In this document: positions 1 to 11,837 of the stretch, in pieces | Position numbering within the stretch: the first letter of the stretch is position 1 | Layout: every line of letters starts with the position of its first letter | Source: Camelus ferus | Lineage: Eukaryota | Assembly (NCBI RefSeq): GCF_009834535.1 | Contig: NC_045714.1 | Span: forward strand, 16,430,001 to 16,494,000 | Direction: 5' to 3' | Length of the DNA: 64,000 nt | Made by a program: the position numbers and the translations under genes | The notes under the pieces: model-generated | What the model was told of the DNA's origin: nothing | The model's database searches: none | Seen by the model: the letters and a program-made list of their open reading frames with translations, nothing else

Positions 1-1305
1 GCAGACATTCCAAATATCCTCCCTGCGGGGCCTCACTGCTCCCCAGAGGGGCAGTGACAGACGAGTTATCAGCTGACAGACGAGTCTGTGAGCTGGCACG
101 TGGTGTCTCTGCACCCTGAAGCAGGGGCACTGGTATATAAATCCAAAGGCTCCTGGACAGTAGATTCCGCCCACAGGTCACATCCATGGCAGCAGTCCCC
201 AGGTTGTGACATCCCACCCCCACCCTGAGATGGGCATGCCTTTACCGACAGCGTGACCCTTGCCTCTGCCAGCCTGCCTGGGGTTCTGGCCAGATGAGGA
301 GCTCCTCCTTGGAGTGGAGAAGGGGACGAGAGAGAGGGTCAGAAAGGGCTGGTCCTTGAAGGAAGGCTAGAATTTAGACCACCACTCAAGAGCAGGATGC
401 AGCCACATAGCACCAAAAGCGTGGTCCTGCGTGTGTCAGCAGATGGCTCAGGACTGGGCGCATTTCTCCCCCGGCAGCAGTGGGCTGGCACTGTCCCCTT
501 TGGGTGGGACGTGCACTGCCCATTCACCAGGTCCCCGCCAGCCTGCACTTCTCCACTGTGACACTAGCTCATCCGCCACGTGGGGGAACCGACAGCAGAG
601 GGACCCCAGGACTCACTGTGGTTCCACCGCGCAGGGTCTGGAGCCTGGTGCCAGCCCTTCACCCCTGCTTCTCCAAGCTCTAACGAGGCGCGTCTGGAAT
701 GCCTGTGTGAGGACAGGGTTCACTTCTAGTCTGTAATCTCGGGTGTCAAAGACGTGGGGTATGTGGCACACTTCAGAAGTATTCTCATCAGAAATAGCAG
801 TGAAGAGGCGGTCTCTTATTGGCCCAAACACGCATGCGTTCTCTCCTTACGGGAGGGAGTAAGTCAGCCCTGGATGCGTGCAGGGAGCGAGGTGCTCTGG
901 GCTCCACACTGGTGAGTGGAGTTTTGCTGAAGTGTAATCACCAGGCGACTGTCTTCCTGCAGAGGCAGTTTGGGCCCTGGTGTGGGGCCGCCACCTTGTG
1001 CTTGGTCCCTGCCCTGGCTCCGGGCGCTGGCCGGCTGCTCGCCCACACTGGACTGGCTCCCCAGAGCTGCGCCTTCTGTTCCTGGACCGGGTCCCTGGCT
1101 TCCACCTTCGGGGTTCCTGAGGGAGATGCCTGTTGGAGCAGCTGGTTAACAAGTCCAGCAAGGGCCTGGGGCGCAGAGCCGTCGGGGGGAGTTCTGAGCG
1201 TGGCTCTGTGAATGGGGGTCGCTGGCGTGGAGGCGCGGCGGGAGGAGGGTAACTGCGTGTGCAGTTGACGGGTGTTGTAAACAAATCTGCCCTCCGCATG
1301 TCCAG

Positions 1306-2267
1306 GTCGTGGCCGGGATGAAGTACTTCTTGGAAGTGGAGATTGGCAGAACCACATGCACCAAGTCCCAGCCCAACTTGGCCAGCTGTCCCTTCCACGA
1401 TGAGCCGCACTTGCAGAGGGTATGTGCTGATGGGGGCAGAGGGGTGGGTGTGGCTGTGCCCGTGGGGGTGGGCCAAGGGTGAGTGCTGGGGATGTGCACG
1501 TGTGTGTGCACATGTGACTAGACTGAATTTATGAGAGGGCTTTTGCTGGGGAACTGGGGCACTGTGAGCTTTGGGGATTGTTGCCTGTAGGACCGAGGAA
1601 GCAGCCGGGGAGGAGAAAGGGCTCCCTAATCTGGCCACCCCGGCAGATTACAGAGAATTAGAGGCCATAAATGGCTGAAATCCAGCTCCGCTCACCAGTT
1701 ACCGAACTCTCCCGGGGGCTGGGCCAGTTCTCGGGGGTCTTGGTCTCTGGGAGGGCTGCACTGCTTTGTCACCTGTCTCAGGTTGTGCCTTTGTCTGGGG
1801 TTTTCCTGGACCTGGTCCCAGCCCCTGGGTCCTCACCCTGGACCTGCCTTAGTGCCAGCCACTCGGGGTGGCAGACGGGATGTGCCCCGCTCCCTCGGGG
1901 GCTCTGTGGCCTTGCCGGGGTTCTCCCTTCCAGGGCTGTGCCGGGGGCACCACTGTGGAGCCCTGCACGGGTAGGGGACACGATGCCAGTGCCTGGACTT
2001 GGAACCGTGGGCGGGTGACTGAGAGGTCACTGCCGGATCGGGCTTGGGGCTCAGGGCTTGGGCGGCGGCGGCTGAAAGTCCCACCGCCGCCCCGCCTCCC
2101 GCACTCTGAAGTCCTGGGCCGGGCGCTGCGCGTTCTCCTCTTTACCTGTAGCCCTGACTGACGGTCCCTCTCTCCCTCCGCAGAAGATGCTCTGCTCCTT
2201 CCAGGTGCACACCGTCCCCTGGCTGGGCGTCGTCTCCATGGGGAAGTCCAGCTGTCAGGCTGAGTAG
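1306..2267 (+). CDS. CST3: Cystatin C-like, coding exons 2 (1306-1419) and 3 (2184-2267); exon 1 is upstream of the window
   Basis: Exon 2 has a tccag acceptor and a gtatgt donor, is 114 nt, and reads VVAGMKYFLEVEIGRTTCTKSQPNLASCPFHDEPHLQR. Exon 3 has a ccgcag acceptor and reads KMLCSFQVHTVPWLGVVSMGKSSCQAE*. It keeps (Q)VVAG, PW and four Cys. Cluster position fits CST3. Confidence 0.88.
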
Positions 2268-2486
2268 GGGCCAGGCGGCAGGCGGGCTCGCTGACCGCCT
2301 CTCACGCACGTCCCCCCACGGAGCACCCGCGCTTCAGATGGGCGGTCTGCCTGGGGGACGTCCCCTCCGTGCGTCGGCCCCAGCGACACAGAGGGTTTCT
2401 CAGCACTCTTTGAGCTGCTCAGCGGCTCTAAGGCACCTCTTCTGCTTTCCCAGTGCGCCGGGTGTGCGTGTTCTGTATTCTGCTCG

Positions 2487-2492
2487 ATTAAA
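2487..2492 (+). terminator. ATTAAA polyadenylation signal of the CST3-like gene
   Basis: Hexamer about 220 nt after the stop, followed by GT/T-rich sequence. Confidence 0.55.
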
Positions 2493-3998
2493 CGGTCACA
2501 GCAGCTGCCCCTTGAGTTGTTCACTGTCTCGGGCTGACACGGAAGGGCGGGTGGGGGCGGTCATCTGAGGGACAGCCCCTTGTCTCACGGGCTCTGAGGG
2601 CGGGCAGACGGGGAGCTGAGAGCCGGCACAGCCACACGGGCACTGCAGGGGACTTGGGCGCTGGCTCTCGATGCCCGGAGAAGGGTGAGGAGGGGCTACT
2701 GCACTTGGAAAGAAGCCAGTCGGTGCGGGGGGTGGGGGGGGGACCGCCAGGAGGCGGAATATGAGACGGAGCCTGAGCCAGGCCCAGGGCTGCCCCGGCA
2801 GGTGGATTCCAGCCACGTGCATGAGCTGGTCATACTCCTGGGAGGCACTGTCATGGTCACAAATGTTCCCTAGAAACAAAGTGAGTCATGATTTACATCT
2901 CTGTTTCTGCAGAGAACTTTGGGCCCCTACAAAGAGACAAAAACTAAAATTAAAGTATGTGTAACTGATGGGGGTGGGGCGATCGGAATCAAGGTCAGTC
3001 AAGGGCGGAATTGGGGGTGAAGTTGAAGTGACACCCCTCCTGCCCCTTCCTGGGCTCCCGGTTAAAACAAGTCTCAGTGCAGAGCTCCACGTGCGGGGTG
3101 GGCTGCTGCTTTTCCTAAGGACTGCTTAATTAGCACAGAATGTCACCTCTCAGTGTCGCCATCATTCGCAGAAGAGTGGGTATTGGTGCCCCGAGCCGGG
3201 AGCAAGCCAGTCCTGGCTCCGTTCCCTGCAGAGTCCTCATGTGGACCTTTAGCTCCTGAGGGAGACCCCTCCTCACCGCTGACCACCCAGGCAGTGTTCC
3301 CAGATACCTGCCACACTCAGGGTGGCGCTGACCAGCCTCCTGCAGTGAACCCGGCTCTGAGGCCGGCACCCCACGGCATCAGCAGAGCCAGAACCAGGAC
3401 GCCGGGAGGAGAGGTCCTGGGAGGAGGGTGGGGACTGCTGCCCCCAAGGAGTTTGCCGTCCCTGTCTCTCACCTTCCTGAGGTCCCAGCAGAACCTTCTC
3501 ACCCCAGACGCGACTTCACAGAGGGCTTAGGGACTTGAGGAGTGTGCACTGGCCAGGTTTGGGCCTGGGGCTGGGCCCTGCAGGGGGCCCCGGGACTTGC
3601 AGACATGTTGGCTGGGCAGACAGGACACAGAGGTGGTGGCCTGGTGCAAAGGCCTCCGCAGAGACTTTCCTTCATGGGGGAGTAATGACAGCCTCCAGGA
3701 TGGTTTCCCGTAAAATCCTCTGCGGACAGTTCCAGTGCCCTGTTCCGTGCGGAGGTCGGGGTGCTCTGCTCGGCCCACCGCCCAGCCTCCTGCTCCACAG
3801 CCCACACTGCAGGGTTCTAATTGGCGCCACCCCAGGGCCCCCAGGGCCCCTGGGCAGCGGGCAGGGCTGGAGAGGGGGCGGGTAGCCTGGAGGGCTCGCC
3901 ATGCCGGACGCCACCCAGACAGCGTGTGTAGGGAAGAGCCACAGCCCTTGCAACTTTCATCTGCGCGGCTGGACTTTTATGTTTGTTTATTTTAAGCT

Positions 3999-4450
3999 TG
4001 TGTTGTTAAAAAACAGAATTCGGCCAAGTGCAGCCAAAGATCTTGGCTTTATTCAACGGTTCGGGACTCCAGCAGCTTTCCATGCAGGGGCTAGAAGGGG
4101 GTCACAGGAGCCCTGGAAGGTGGAAGCCTCCTCTAGGAAGGGAGGGCGGGGAAGTCAGCGAATGAAAAGGGAGGGTTGCTTGGGGCCCAGACGCCTTCTC
4201 TGGGGGGAAAGGGAACAGAGAAGGCGTGGGTTTTACCAGGCAGTTGCCTCTTCTTCCTCTGGGGATGGGGAGGCCCCACGTGACAGACGCCTCGCGGTGC
4301 TGCCCGGAAGGTTCCTTGCTGTGGACGAAGACGACACTTCTGGGCAGGTGGGGACTGCGGTCAGGCGAGGCCTTAGGTCTGGGTTTCCTATCCCGGGCTT
4401 TAGTGCAAGTGACACCGTTTGGGGGCTGTGGTTTCCCTCTTTGTGTATAA
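3999..4450. mobile_element. Possible degenerate ERV LTR
   Basis: Starts tgttgtt and contains ggctttattc (AATAAA on the minus strand). Resembles remembered LTR layouts only; boundaries are approximate. Confidence 0.35.
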
Positions 4451-5261
4451 TTTAAGTGAAATTGTTCATATAAATAGATTTAGCCCAGTGCCTGGCTCTG
4501 GATAGACGGTCAATAAGTTTTAGGTATTTTTTCATTGTTCTATTTTGCAGTGGCTTAAAACGGTGACACTCCTTGTATGGAGAGGTGGGGTCTGTAAGCC
4601 ACCTCTTGACTCTGGGTGGGCTTGTGACCCCTTCAACCGAAAACTGCAGAAGCAGTGGTCCCGTGACCTCCAGGGTGCACAGGCGGCCTGTGGCGTCCTT
4701 CCCGAGCTCCCTGGGACGTGTGCTGTGGGAGAAGCCTGGCTGGAGAAGGCTCCCGGGGGGTGCCCCGGAGACGGCCCCAGCAGAGCTCCGGGCGAAAGCC
4801 AGCGTCACCTGCCGCCAGGTCGGGGGACCACCGTGGACACGTGTGTGTGTGGGGGGGGTACACACACTGAAGGGGTGAAGCCCAGGGCTGCTGGGTGAGA
4901 ATCCCCCTGGCTGTGTGGTCCCCAGCTCCCTGCGTGTCATCAGGGAGGGGACAGCAGAGCCCCTTCCTCGTGGGGTCTCGGGGATCCGTGTGTTCCTGTC
5001 TGTGAACACCGAGGTCAGCACACAACACACGAAGCCACTGGAGTCTGTCACATAAATGCGCCGTAGGGCTCCAGTCAGAATGTTACTGACTATTTTTGGG
5101 GGTCTTGTAAGAGTCTGCCTCCGTTTTTCCAAATGAGGTGATTAGCCTCGCTTCTCCGAGGGCTCCGAGAACTGCTTCAAACAGCGTCAGGGGTCACTTT
5201 CTGCATCTCAGTGCGAAACCTAGAGGGCTTTATGCTTCTGTGCCAGCTGCTCCATTTTTCC

Positions 5262-5343
5262 TTTTTTTTCTTTTTTTTAATGGAGGTACCAGGACCTCCT
5301 GCACGCTTAGCACGTGCTCTGCCACTGAGCTGTGCCCTCCCCT
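5262..5343 (-). mobile_element. tRNA-derived SINE (camelid-type), truncated
   Basis: Poly-T followed by aatggaggtacc...gcacgcttagcacgtgctctgccactgagct, the reverse complement of the SINE at 42267. Confidence 0.75.
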
Positions 5344-5621
5344 CCATTTCAAATTTAATGTTTTAATATACGTTAGGTGAGAACCATTTTCTTTATCCTT
5401 TAATAAAAGTTTATTTCTAAATTTGTTGTATTTATTCTTCCAGACGAAAAAATTTGTTTTCACGTTCAAAAAGTAGAATTACTGTGTTTTGATCTAGAAC
5501 AACATTGAACTTATATCCTGATTGGGGAAAAAAAATGGACAATGTCTAATATATAAGTTTTCATTTTTGAATAAAATACGTCTTGCCGTGTGTTTACACT
5601 TTTATTGTGTCTATTCAGCTG

Positions 5622-6165
5622 TGTGGCCAAAAAAAGTCAGTTACTCTAAGAAAGGAATGGAAAATTTTATTCGAGCCAAACTGAAGATACAACCCGGGAA
5701 CAGCCTCTCAGAAAGTTCCGAGAACTGCTCCGCCCGTGAGAGGTCAAAGTGCATTTGTGTCCTCTTTTTCCTTTCCTTTTTCTTTTTTTAGAGTCCACCT
5801 GTGAGTGATATCTTATGGTATTCCGTATTTTGTAGGAGCCTTTAATGAAAAAAACTATGAAAATGAAGGTATGTATGTAGACACATGACCGGGACATGGT
5901 GCTGGACACCAGAAGCTGACACATTGTAACTGACTGTGCTTCAATTAAAAAAAAAACAATGCAGTTATGTGAGTTCTTGAGACAGAGGGCTGGACGTTGA
6001 CGAATTACTGACAGTTTATACAGCCCAGACCTGTGTATTTAAAGTGAGGAGTAGTGGGGTCACGAGTCATCGTGGCCCCTTCCAGCCCAGGAAGGAACGT
6101 CCCCTCTAAGAGAGCTGTGACCCTTTATGAGACTAAGGGCTGGGGTGGCAGAGGGCAGAGGGGTA
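5622..6165. mobile_element. Probable LTR relic interrupted by an L1 3' end
   Basis: LTR-like ttttattcgagccaaactg...ctctcagaaagttccgagaactgctcc, split by the L1 tail at 5793-5958. Recognised from memory only. Confidence 0.35.
5793..5958 (+). mobile_element. L1 3' end with poly-A
   Basis: ...acaccagaagctgacacattgtaactgactgtgcttcaattaaaaaaaaa; homologous to 55238-55530. Confidence 0.75.
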
Positions 6166-6184
6166 GGAAGTGGCTGCTATGGGT

Positions 6185-6340
6185 GGGGGGGTTCTTTAGG
6201 GGTTACTGAAAACATTCTAAAATTAGATTACGGACGTATTTGCACAATTCTGTGACTATACTAGAACCACTGAACTGCACCCATTGAATGGTTGGATTGT
6301 GTGGCGTGCGAATTATATCTGAATAAAGCTGCGTTTTAAA
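6185..6340 (+). mobile_element. Old L1M 3' end
   Basis: aaaacattctaaaattagatt...accactgaactgcac...aattatatctgaataaagctg, a typical L1MB/MC tail. Confidence 0.7.
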
Positions 6341-6792
6341 ACCCTCATCCCAAAGCTACAATTTACCCAAACCAAATGTTTGCTGAGTGTTCTCTTTCCT
6401 ATCCCAAATAATTTCCGGCCACATTTCCAAGCGTCAACAGAATGAAGCAAGGACAATCACACAATTGTCCTCTAATGACAAGCCAACACAGACATCTCCA
6501 CCCACCCTGACCCCTGTTTTCTCATTCCCAGGGAAAATTAAGTTCAAGATTAACTCCTGTTGCAAGATGGAGTCCTGGGAACTGACATCCCCAAATAGCC
6601 TCTTGTCCTTGTGTGAGCTAGACAGCCTAAGTCTTAAGCTCACAAAGGATCCTCCCTGAGTTCTTACTCAGCTCAGGCTCAGCCAGAATCTCAGCCACGG
6701 AGGCTCGGGGCTGGGCCCGTGGGTGAAGGCCAAGTTCCTGCCAGGGCTGGGGCCTGTTTCCCTTGGTGACTGCGCACCGGGGTTTTAAATCA

Positions 6793-6935
6793 GCAATTTC
6801 CAAAGTGTAGTCCTGGGACCAGCAGCAGCAGCGGAAATGCCAGCTGAGAACTTTGTTGGGAATGACAATTCTTGGGCCCTGAGCAGCCCTGCTGAATGAG
6901 AAGGTCTGGGATGGTTCCAATAACCTGCATTAAAC
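6793..6935 (+). mobile_element. MER5A-like hAT DNA transposon relic
   Basis: cagcaatttccaaagtgtagtcctgggaccagcagca...ctgctgaatgagaa matches the remembered MER5A consensus. Confidence 0.65.
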
Positions 6936-8312
6936 CGCGGCGGGCGGCCCCGGCTGGTGCCCCTGAGCTCCGCCTGCTGGGAGTCACACCCCTGTGTAAT
7001 CCCTTCCCCTGCTGGAGCCGAGACGTGCCAGCAGCCGCCTGGGGGGAGGGGGAGTGGAGGGGGTAGGCCTGGAAGCAACCCCCAGCCAGCCGGCGCAGCC
7101 AAGCCTCCGTCTGAGAGTGCATCTCTGCCGACAGCCTGACTGCAGACTGGCGGTGCACTGGGCTGGAGGCACCCAGTTCATCTGAACCTGGATTCCTCAC
7201 ACAGAGAAACTGTGAGATAACTGATGCTCACTGCTTGAAGTCACTAACTTGCTGCACAGTGATGGGGGTGGGGGGGCTTGCGGAGCAGAGTGAGGTCTGA
7301 GAGCCACTGCTGTCACTGCAGGAATGCTCAGCCACCAGCTGAATCAGAATTGCTCCTCCCCTGGCCGCGCAGGGAGGGTCAGGTAAGTTTGTGATGGTTC
7401 CACCTGTCTGTAGGTTGGTCCCTGGCCTTTCCTAACTGACTTGTGTCACCTGCCGAACTGAGTGCCCCCCCTGCAATGTCTTGTGCCTGGCCTCCCAGCC
7501 CCTCACTCCCTGCTCCCTCAAAGTCCGTACGCAGGATGTACGTCAGTGGCGTCTGGCTGCCCAGATCATCTGCTGCTGGAACAAGTCTTGTCCCTCCTCT
7601 CTTCCTGAGACGCATGACTTGCATCTAAGGAGACACTTCCCACCAGAAGCTCCCTCTTGCAAGTCCCACCTCTGCTGCCCTCCCTTAGTGTCCTTGGGTT
7701 CATCAGGGATATTCCTTGGTGCTGAAGCCAATTGGTATCCCCACCTGTAGGGTCTGTGTCCCCCAGGAACCCCTGGAAGTAGAGCTTTGGTGAGTTGGGG
7801 CTGGTGGCATTGACTTGGCAAGCTGACCCAGTTGCAAGCTGGGCTCCTCACCCCAGAGGACCACCTGAGAGCTTTGAGTCAGTGTGGACCCCAGGCCCCA
7901 CCCAAGCTGCTGAAGTCCCGCTCCTCGGGTGACCGACAGGCTTAGGGGCAAGCCCCCAACTGTTCCAACTAGGGGTAACCTTTGCCCAGTACCCCCCACA
8001 GCAGTTTCACGGGTCTTACACCTCCACCAAAGGTGCCTTCCAGCCTCTCCTGAGACCTCTCTTCTCTTCATCTGAGATGCCCAGTCACTGTTTCCGATTC
8101 AGTAACGGCTTCCACCCTCATGCCTCTCACCTTCCCAGCGCCCCCTCCAAGGGCAGCTGGACAGCACCAGTCCCTCCAGCCTCCCCGCCGCCACCCCCCC
8201 ATCTCCCTGGTATCACTTTGCTTCGCTTTGTACTTCACGTCGGTCTCATCGGCCCAGGTCCTCAGAGACCTGAAGTCCTAAGGACACGTCCCTCATCCTT
8301 CAGCTGAAGGAG

Positions 8313-8640
8313 TGTATCGGTCAGGGTTCGCCACAGAAGTAGAGTCGATAATGTGCATATATATACAAAATAACGTAGGTGTGAAATAATGTATGTGTGG
8401 AATATATATGTGAAGTAACACATATATGAAAAGATACATGTGAACTAAGGTGTGCGTACATTATGTTAAGGAGTTGTCTTGTGTGACTGTCGAGCCTGGC
8501 AAGTCTGGAGGCCGCCAGGAGGGCCAGCAGGGCGCACCCCAGCGGGACCTACGTCACCACGTTGAGGCAGAACCCTCTTCCTCCCGGGGACCTGCTTTCC
8601 TCTGCAGGCCCGGCCCAGCTGGACGCGGCCCACCCCGTGT
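8313..8640. mobile_element. MLT2-like (ERVL) LTR relic
   Basis: tgtatcggtcagggttcgccacaga...(AT-rich)...gcctggcaagtctggagg; end approximate. Confidence 0.5.
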
Positions 8641-10219
8641 TCTCGAGGGTCAGCTCCTTACTTAAGGTTGACTGGGTGCAGCTGTGACTCACGTCTGCAC
8701 AGCACCTTTGCAGCGACGTCCAGACCAGTGTCTGGCCAGCAGCTGGACCCCACGGCCTAGTCAAGGGGACACACAGGCTCGAACTTTCATAGTTGACTTT
8801 CTTCTTTTGTGGTTTTTTCCTTCCTCTGTTTCTGTTTTGAAAGCTAACCTGAAGGACGTTTTCCAGAATTCTCCTCTTTCTACTTGGTTTCCCCAAGAAA
8901 CCTGACTGTAGGCACAGAAGGTCCTGAGCACAGGCCCTCGCGGTGCCTTCCTGGCCTCCAGCTTCGCGGCGATAAAGCGGAGAAGACAACGAATTACATT
9001 CAGAATCAGAGCAAGGAGCAGGCGACATCAGCAAGACCGCTGCTCTGAGCCGCACCGCCGACTGGCCGTGCTGGGGGCACCCACCTGGGCCGCAGGTTCC
9101 CCTTTTGGAACAAGAGCTGTGGCTGGGCTGGCCCTTGTGGTTCTTCCTGTGACTGCAAGACGTCCTGAGCCGTAACCATCAGGAAACATTGGAAGAGACA
9201 AGGTTTATTGCTCACAGATCCTGGATGGTGCAGGGCGCAGCTTGGCAGGTAGAGAGAGAACGCTAGGCTGGGGTTCTGCTTTTATTGAGATGGAGGCTGG
9301 GGGCCTAGGGTTTCACAGGGTCACCCTTTACTGATGAATTTAAAACACAAGAGTGCGAATTAAAGCTCAGGAAGAAAAATGGGGCGAGGGTGGAGTGGCC
9401 AAATGGCCAGTTATCTAAATCAGCTGAAGACCCCTAAGACGAAGGAGCCCGGCGCTGGCGGGGGCAGGGAGGACCGGCTCCTGGTCTAGCCACGTGGCCG
9501 GCAACGCGTTTATCCAAGAAAGCCACCTTTGAAACAGACGCCTCTCCAAGCAAAGCTTAGGCCAGGCACGTGCATCATGAAAGGAAAAGCCAGCTATGAA
9601 GGGTTACGGTACAACTCCCCGGAGTTCAGGGGAAGGACTTCAACGGCCTGGGTGCTGGTACATTGTAATGAAGAAATTACGCATCTAAATGGGGCTAGAG
9701 TGGCAGATCCTGTAATAATTACGCAGGCAAAGATCTGAAATCCAGTTCACAGCCACTGCCCCAAACCTGAAGCGTCCAGCCCTAAAATGGCTCGCTGATC
9801 TCGGCGGCCGTGGGAATCTGGTCAGAAGTTTGGGTGACGCTGTGAGACGTTGTAACGCCCTGGGCCACCCGGTCCAACCCGTCCTGAGTTGACAGGTTGC
9901 TCCACATCTCACTGAACCAGTGATGCAAGTTTGAGAACACAGGAGTTCAGTGAAGGGTTGTGTCTCATCTTGGGAGGCAGTGATGCAACACCCGAAGTTA
10001 GGCCTGAAAGGTGTAAGTTTTTGCATCAGGTGTTTAATAAGAAGCATTTCTATGGAAACAAAAGAAAAACAAGAGTTGATGGTTGGAGCGGACGATAAAC
10101 ACAGTCTGAGCCCTGAGCTGGCCAGTCCAGGGGATTTCCAGATGTCCACGCATCTTCCCGTGGAGTGAGGGCAGAACCGCCAGACAGACAGAGCACAGCG
10201 AGTGAAGTGGCACCAGTTA

Positions 10220-11035
10220 GTCCTTATCCGCCAGTGATCACTTTACAAAAGCGGATTAAACTCACCCATCAAAACACTAGAATGACTGAATGGATAAAAA
10301 AGCAAGACCCAACCGCACGCTGTCTACAGGAGACTCCCCGTGGACTCAAGGACACACACAGGCTGAACGTGAGGAGCTGGAAAAACGTATTCTGCACAAA
10401 TAGGAACCAAAGGCAGCAGGGGAAGCTGTCTTTACCTCAGACAAAATAGACTTCAAGTCAAAACTGTCACAGGAAACAAAGCGTCATTACATAACGATGA
10501 AAGTGACATTGCAACAGGGAGAAACAACAATTATAAACATATAGACATCCAACCTCAAAGCACCTCAACACGTGCAGCGGACGGAGAAACAGACAGCAAC
10601 GCGATGACAGGTGGAGACTTCAATATCCTGCCTCCAAGGCATCCAGGAAGAGCGTTTGTAAGGAAAGAGCAGGTGTGAACACTGTAGACCCAATAGACTT
10701 CGCGAGCGTATACAGAACATCCCGCCCAACCGCGGCAGGGCTCGCATTCTTCTGAGCACACAGGGAGCTTTCTGAGGACAGATCACAGGCCAGGGCACAA
10801 AATAAGTCTTGACAAGTGTAAGATAATTAAAATCATTCCAGGTATTATTTCTGACCACAAAGGAATAAAACAAGCAATCAATTTCTTAGGAAATCATGGA
10901 AACGCACAAATGCATGGAAATTAAACAACACATTCTTCAACAATCCTTGGGTCAAAGAAGAAATCAAAACAGAAATTAGAAAATCTCTTTTAAGACAAAT
11001 GAAAACAAAAACAGATACCAAAACCTAAGTTCTTG
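10220..11035 (+). mobile_element. L1 ORF2 endonuclease-region relic (degenerate)
   Basis: Translates to ...RMTEWIKKQDPTARCLQET...LNVRSWKNVF, typical of the ORF2p endonuclease; multiple frameshifts. Confidence 0.85.
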
Positions 11036-11173
11036 TCTTTAGAAAATACGCTGAAGTAGTTAGGGGTGTAGACACAGTAATACAACGAATGTAAAAAGGG
11101 GAAATGGTATTGGAAATGCGTCCAAATGGTAATGATTGTGAGTCTGGGTACACGGGACTTCCTGTGCTAGGTT

Positions 11174-11837
11174 TGATACAGGAAAAACAGATGTGGGGCA
11201 AGAGGAGGGCCGTGTCCCATGTCTCGGTGGAGCCCCTGAGACGTGCCCCACCAAGTGTGGGTCCTTGGCTTCGTGCAGGAAAGAATTCAGGAGCGAGCCA
11301 CAGTTGAGTGAAGGTAGATTTATTTAGAGAGATAACATAGTGTATGGAGTGCAGGCTGTTCCAGAAGGCGAGAGAAAGGCCACGAGGTGCAGGGTTGGGT
11401 GCTCAGGTTAAAGTAAAAGTAGGTGCACACGCCATAGACAGAGCGCGGGCTGTCTCCAAAGAGGAGGGAGGGAGAGAGGCGGCCACGAGGTGTGGTGTTG
11501 CCAGTTCCTATGGGCTCCAGAGCTTCACATGCTAACGAGTGGGAGGACCATTCCCACTGCCCTGGGGAAGGGGCTGGGATTCCCAGGAATTGGGCCACAG
11601 CCCACTCTTTGACCTTTTATGATTAGCTTTGCCACCGTCATGGCGCCTGTGGGCATGCTACTCACCATGCTAGTATGTTGCAATGAGCGTAAAGTGAAGC
11701 TCGAGGTGTCCTGGAAGTCAATCTCCTGCCATCTTGATCCTCAAGGCCGACTGGGAGTTGACCCTTCCACCACTTCGGTGTTAATGGCTGCGTCATTCCT
11801 TGAATGGCTGTGCCCTGCCCCCTTCCCTCCTGTCTCA
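11174..11837 (-). mobile_element. Solo LTR (ERV1-like) with a 4-bp target-site duplication, inserted into an L1 3' end
   Basis: TG...CA termini; GGTT at 11170-11173 and 11838-11841; AATAAA on the minus strand at 11319-11324. The flanks rejoin into an L1 tail (gggacttcctgtgctaggtt|tacaacttctctgtaagttctaaattgtagcaaataaaa). Confidence 0.8.

Noticed and set aside
9150-9760. Possible additional LTR (and an MLT1-like stretch at 4560-4950)
   Set aside because: Vague resemblance only; no termini or TSD could be fixed
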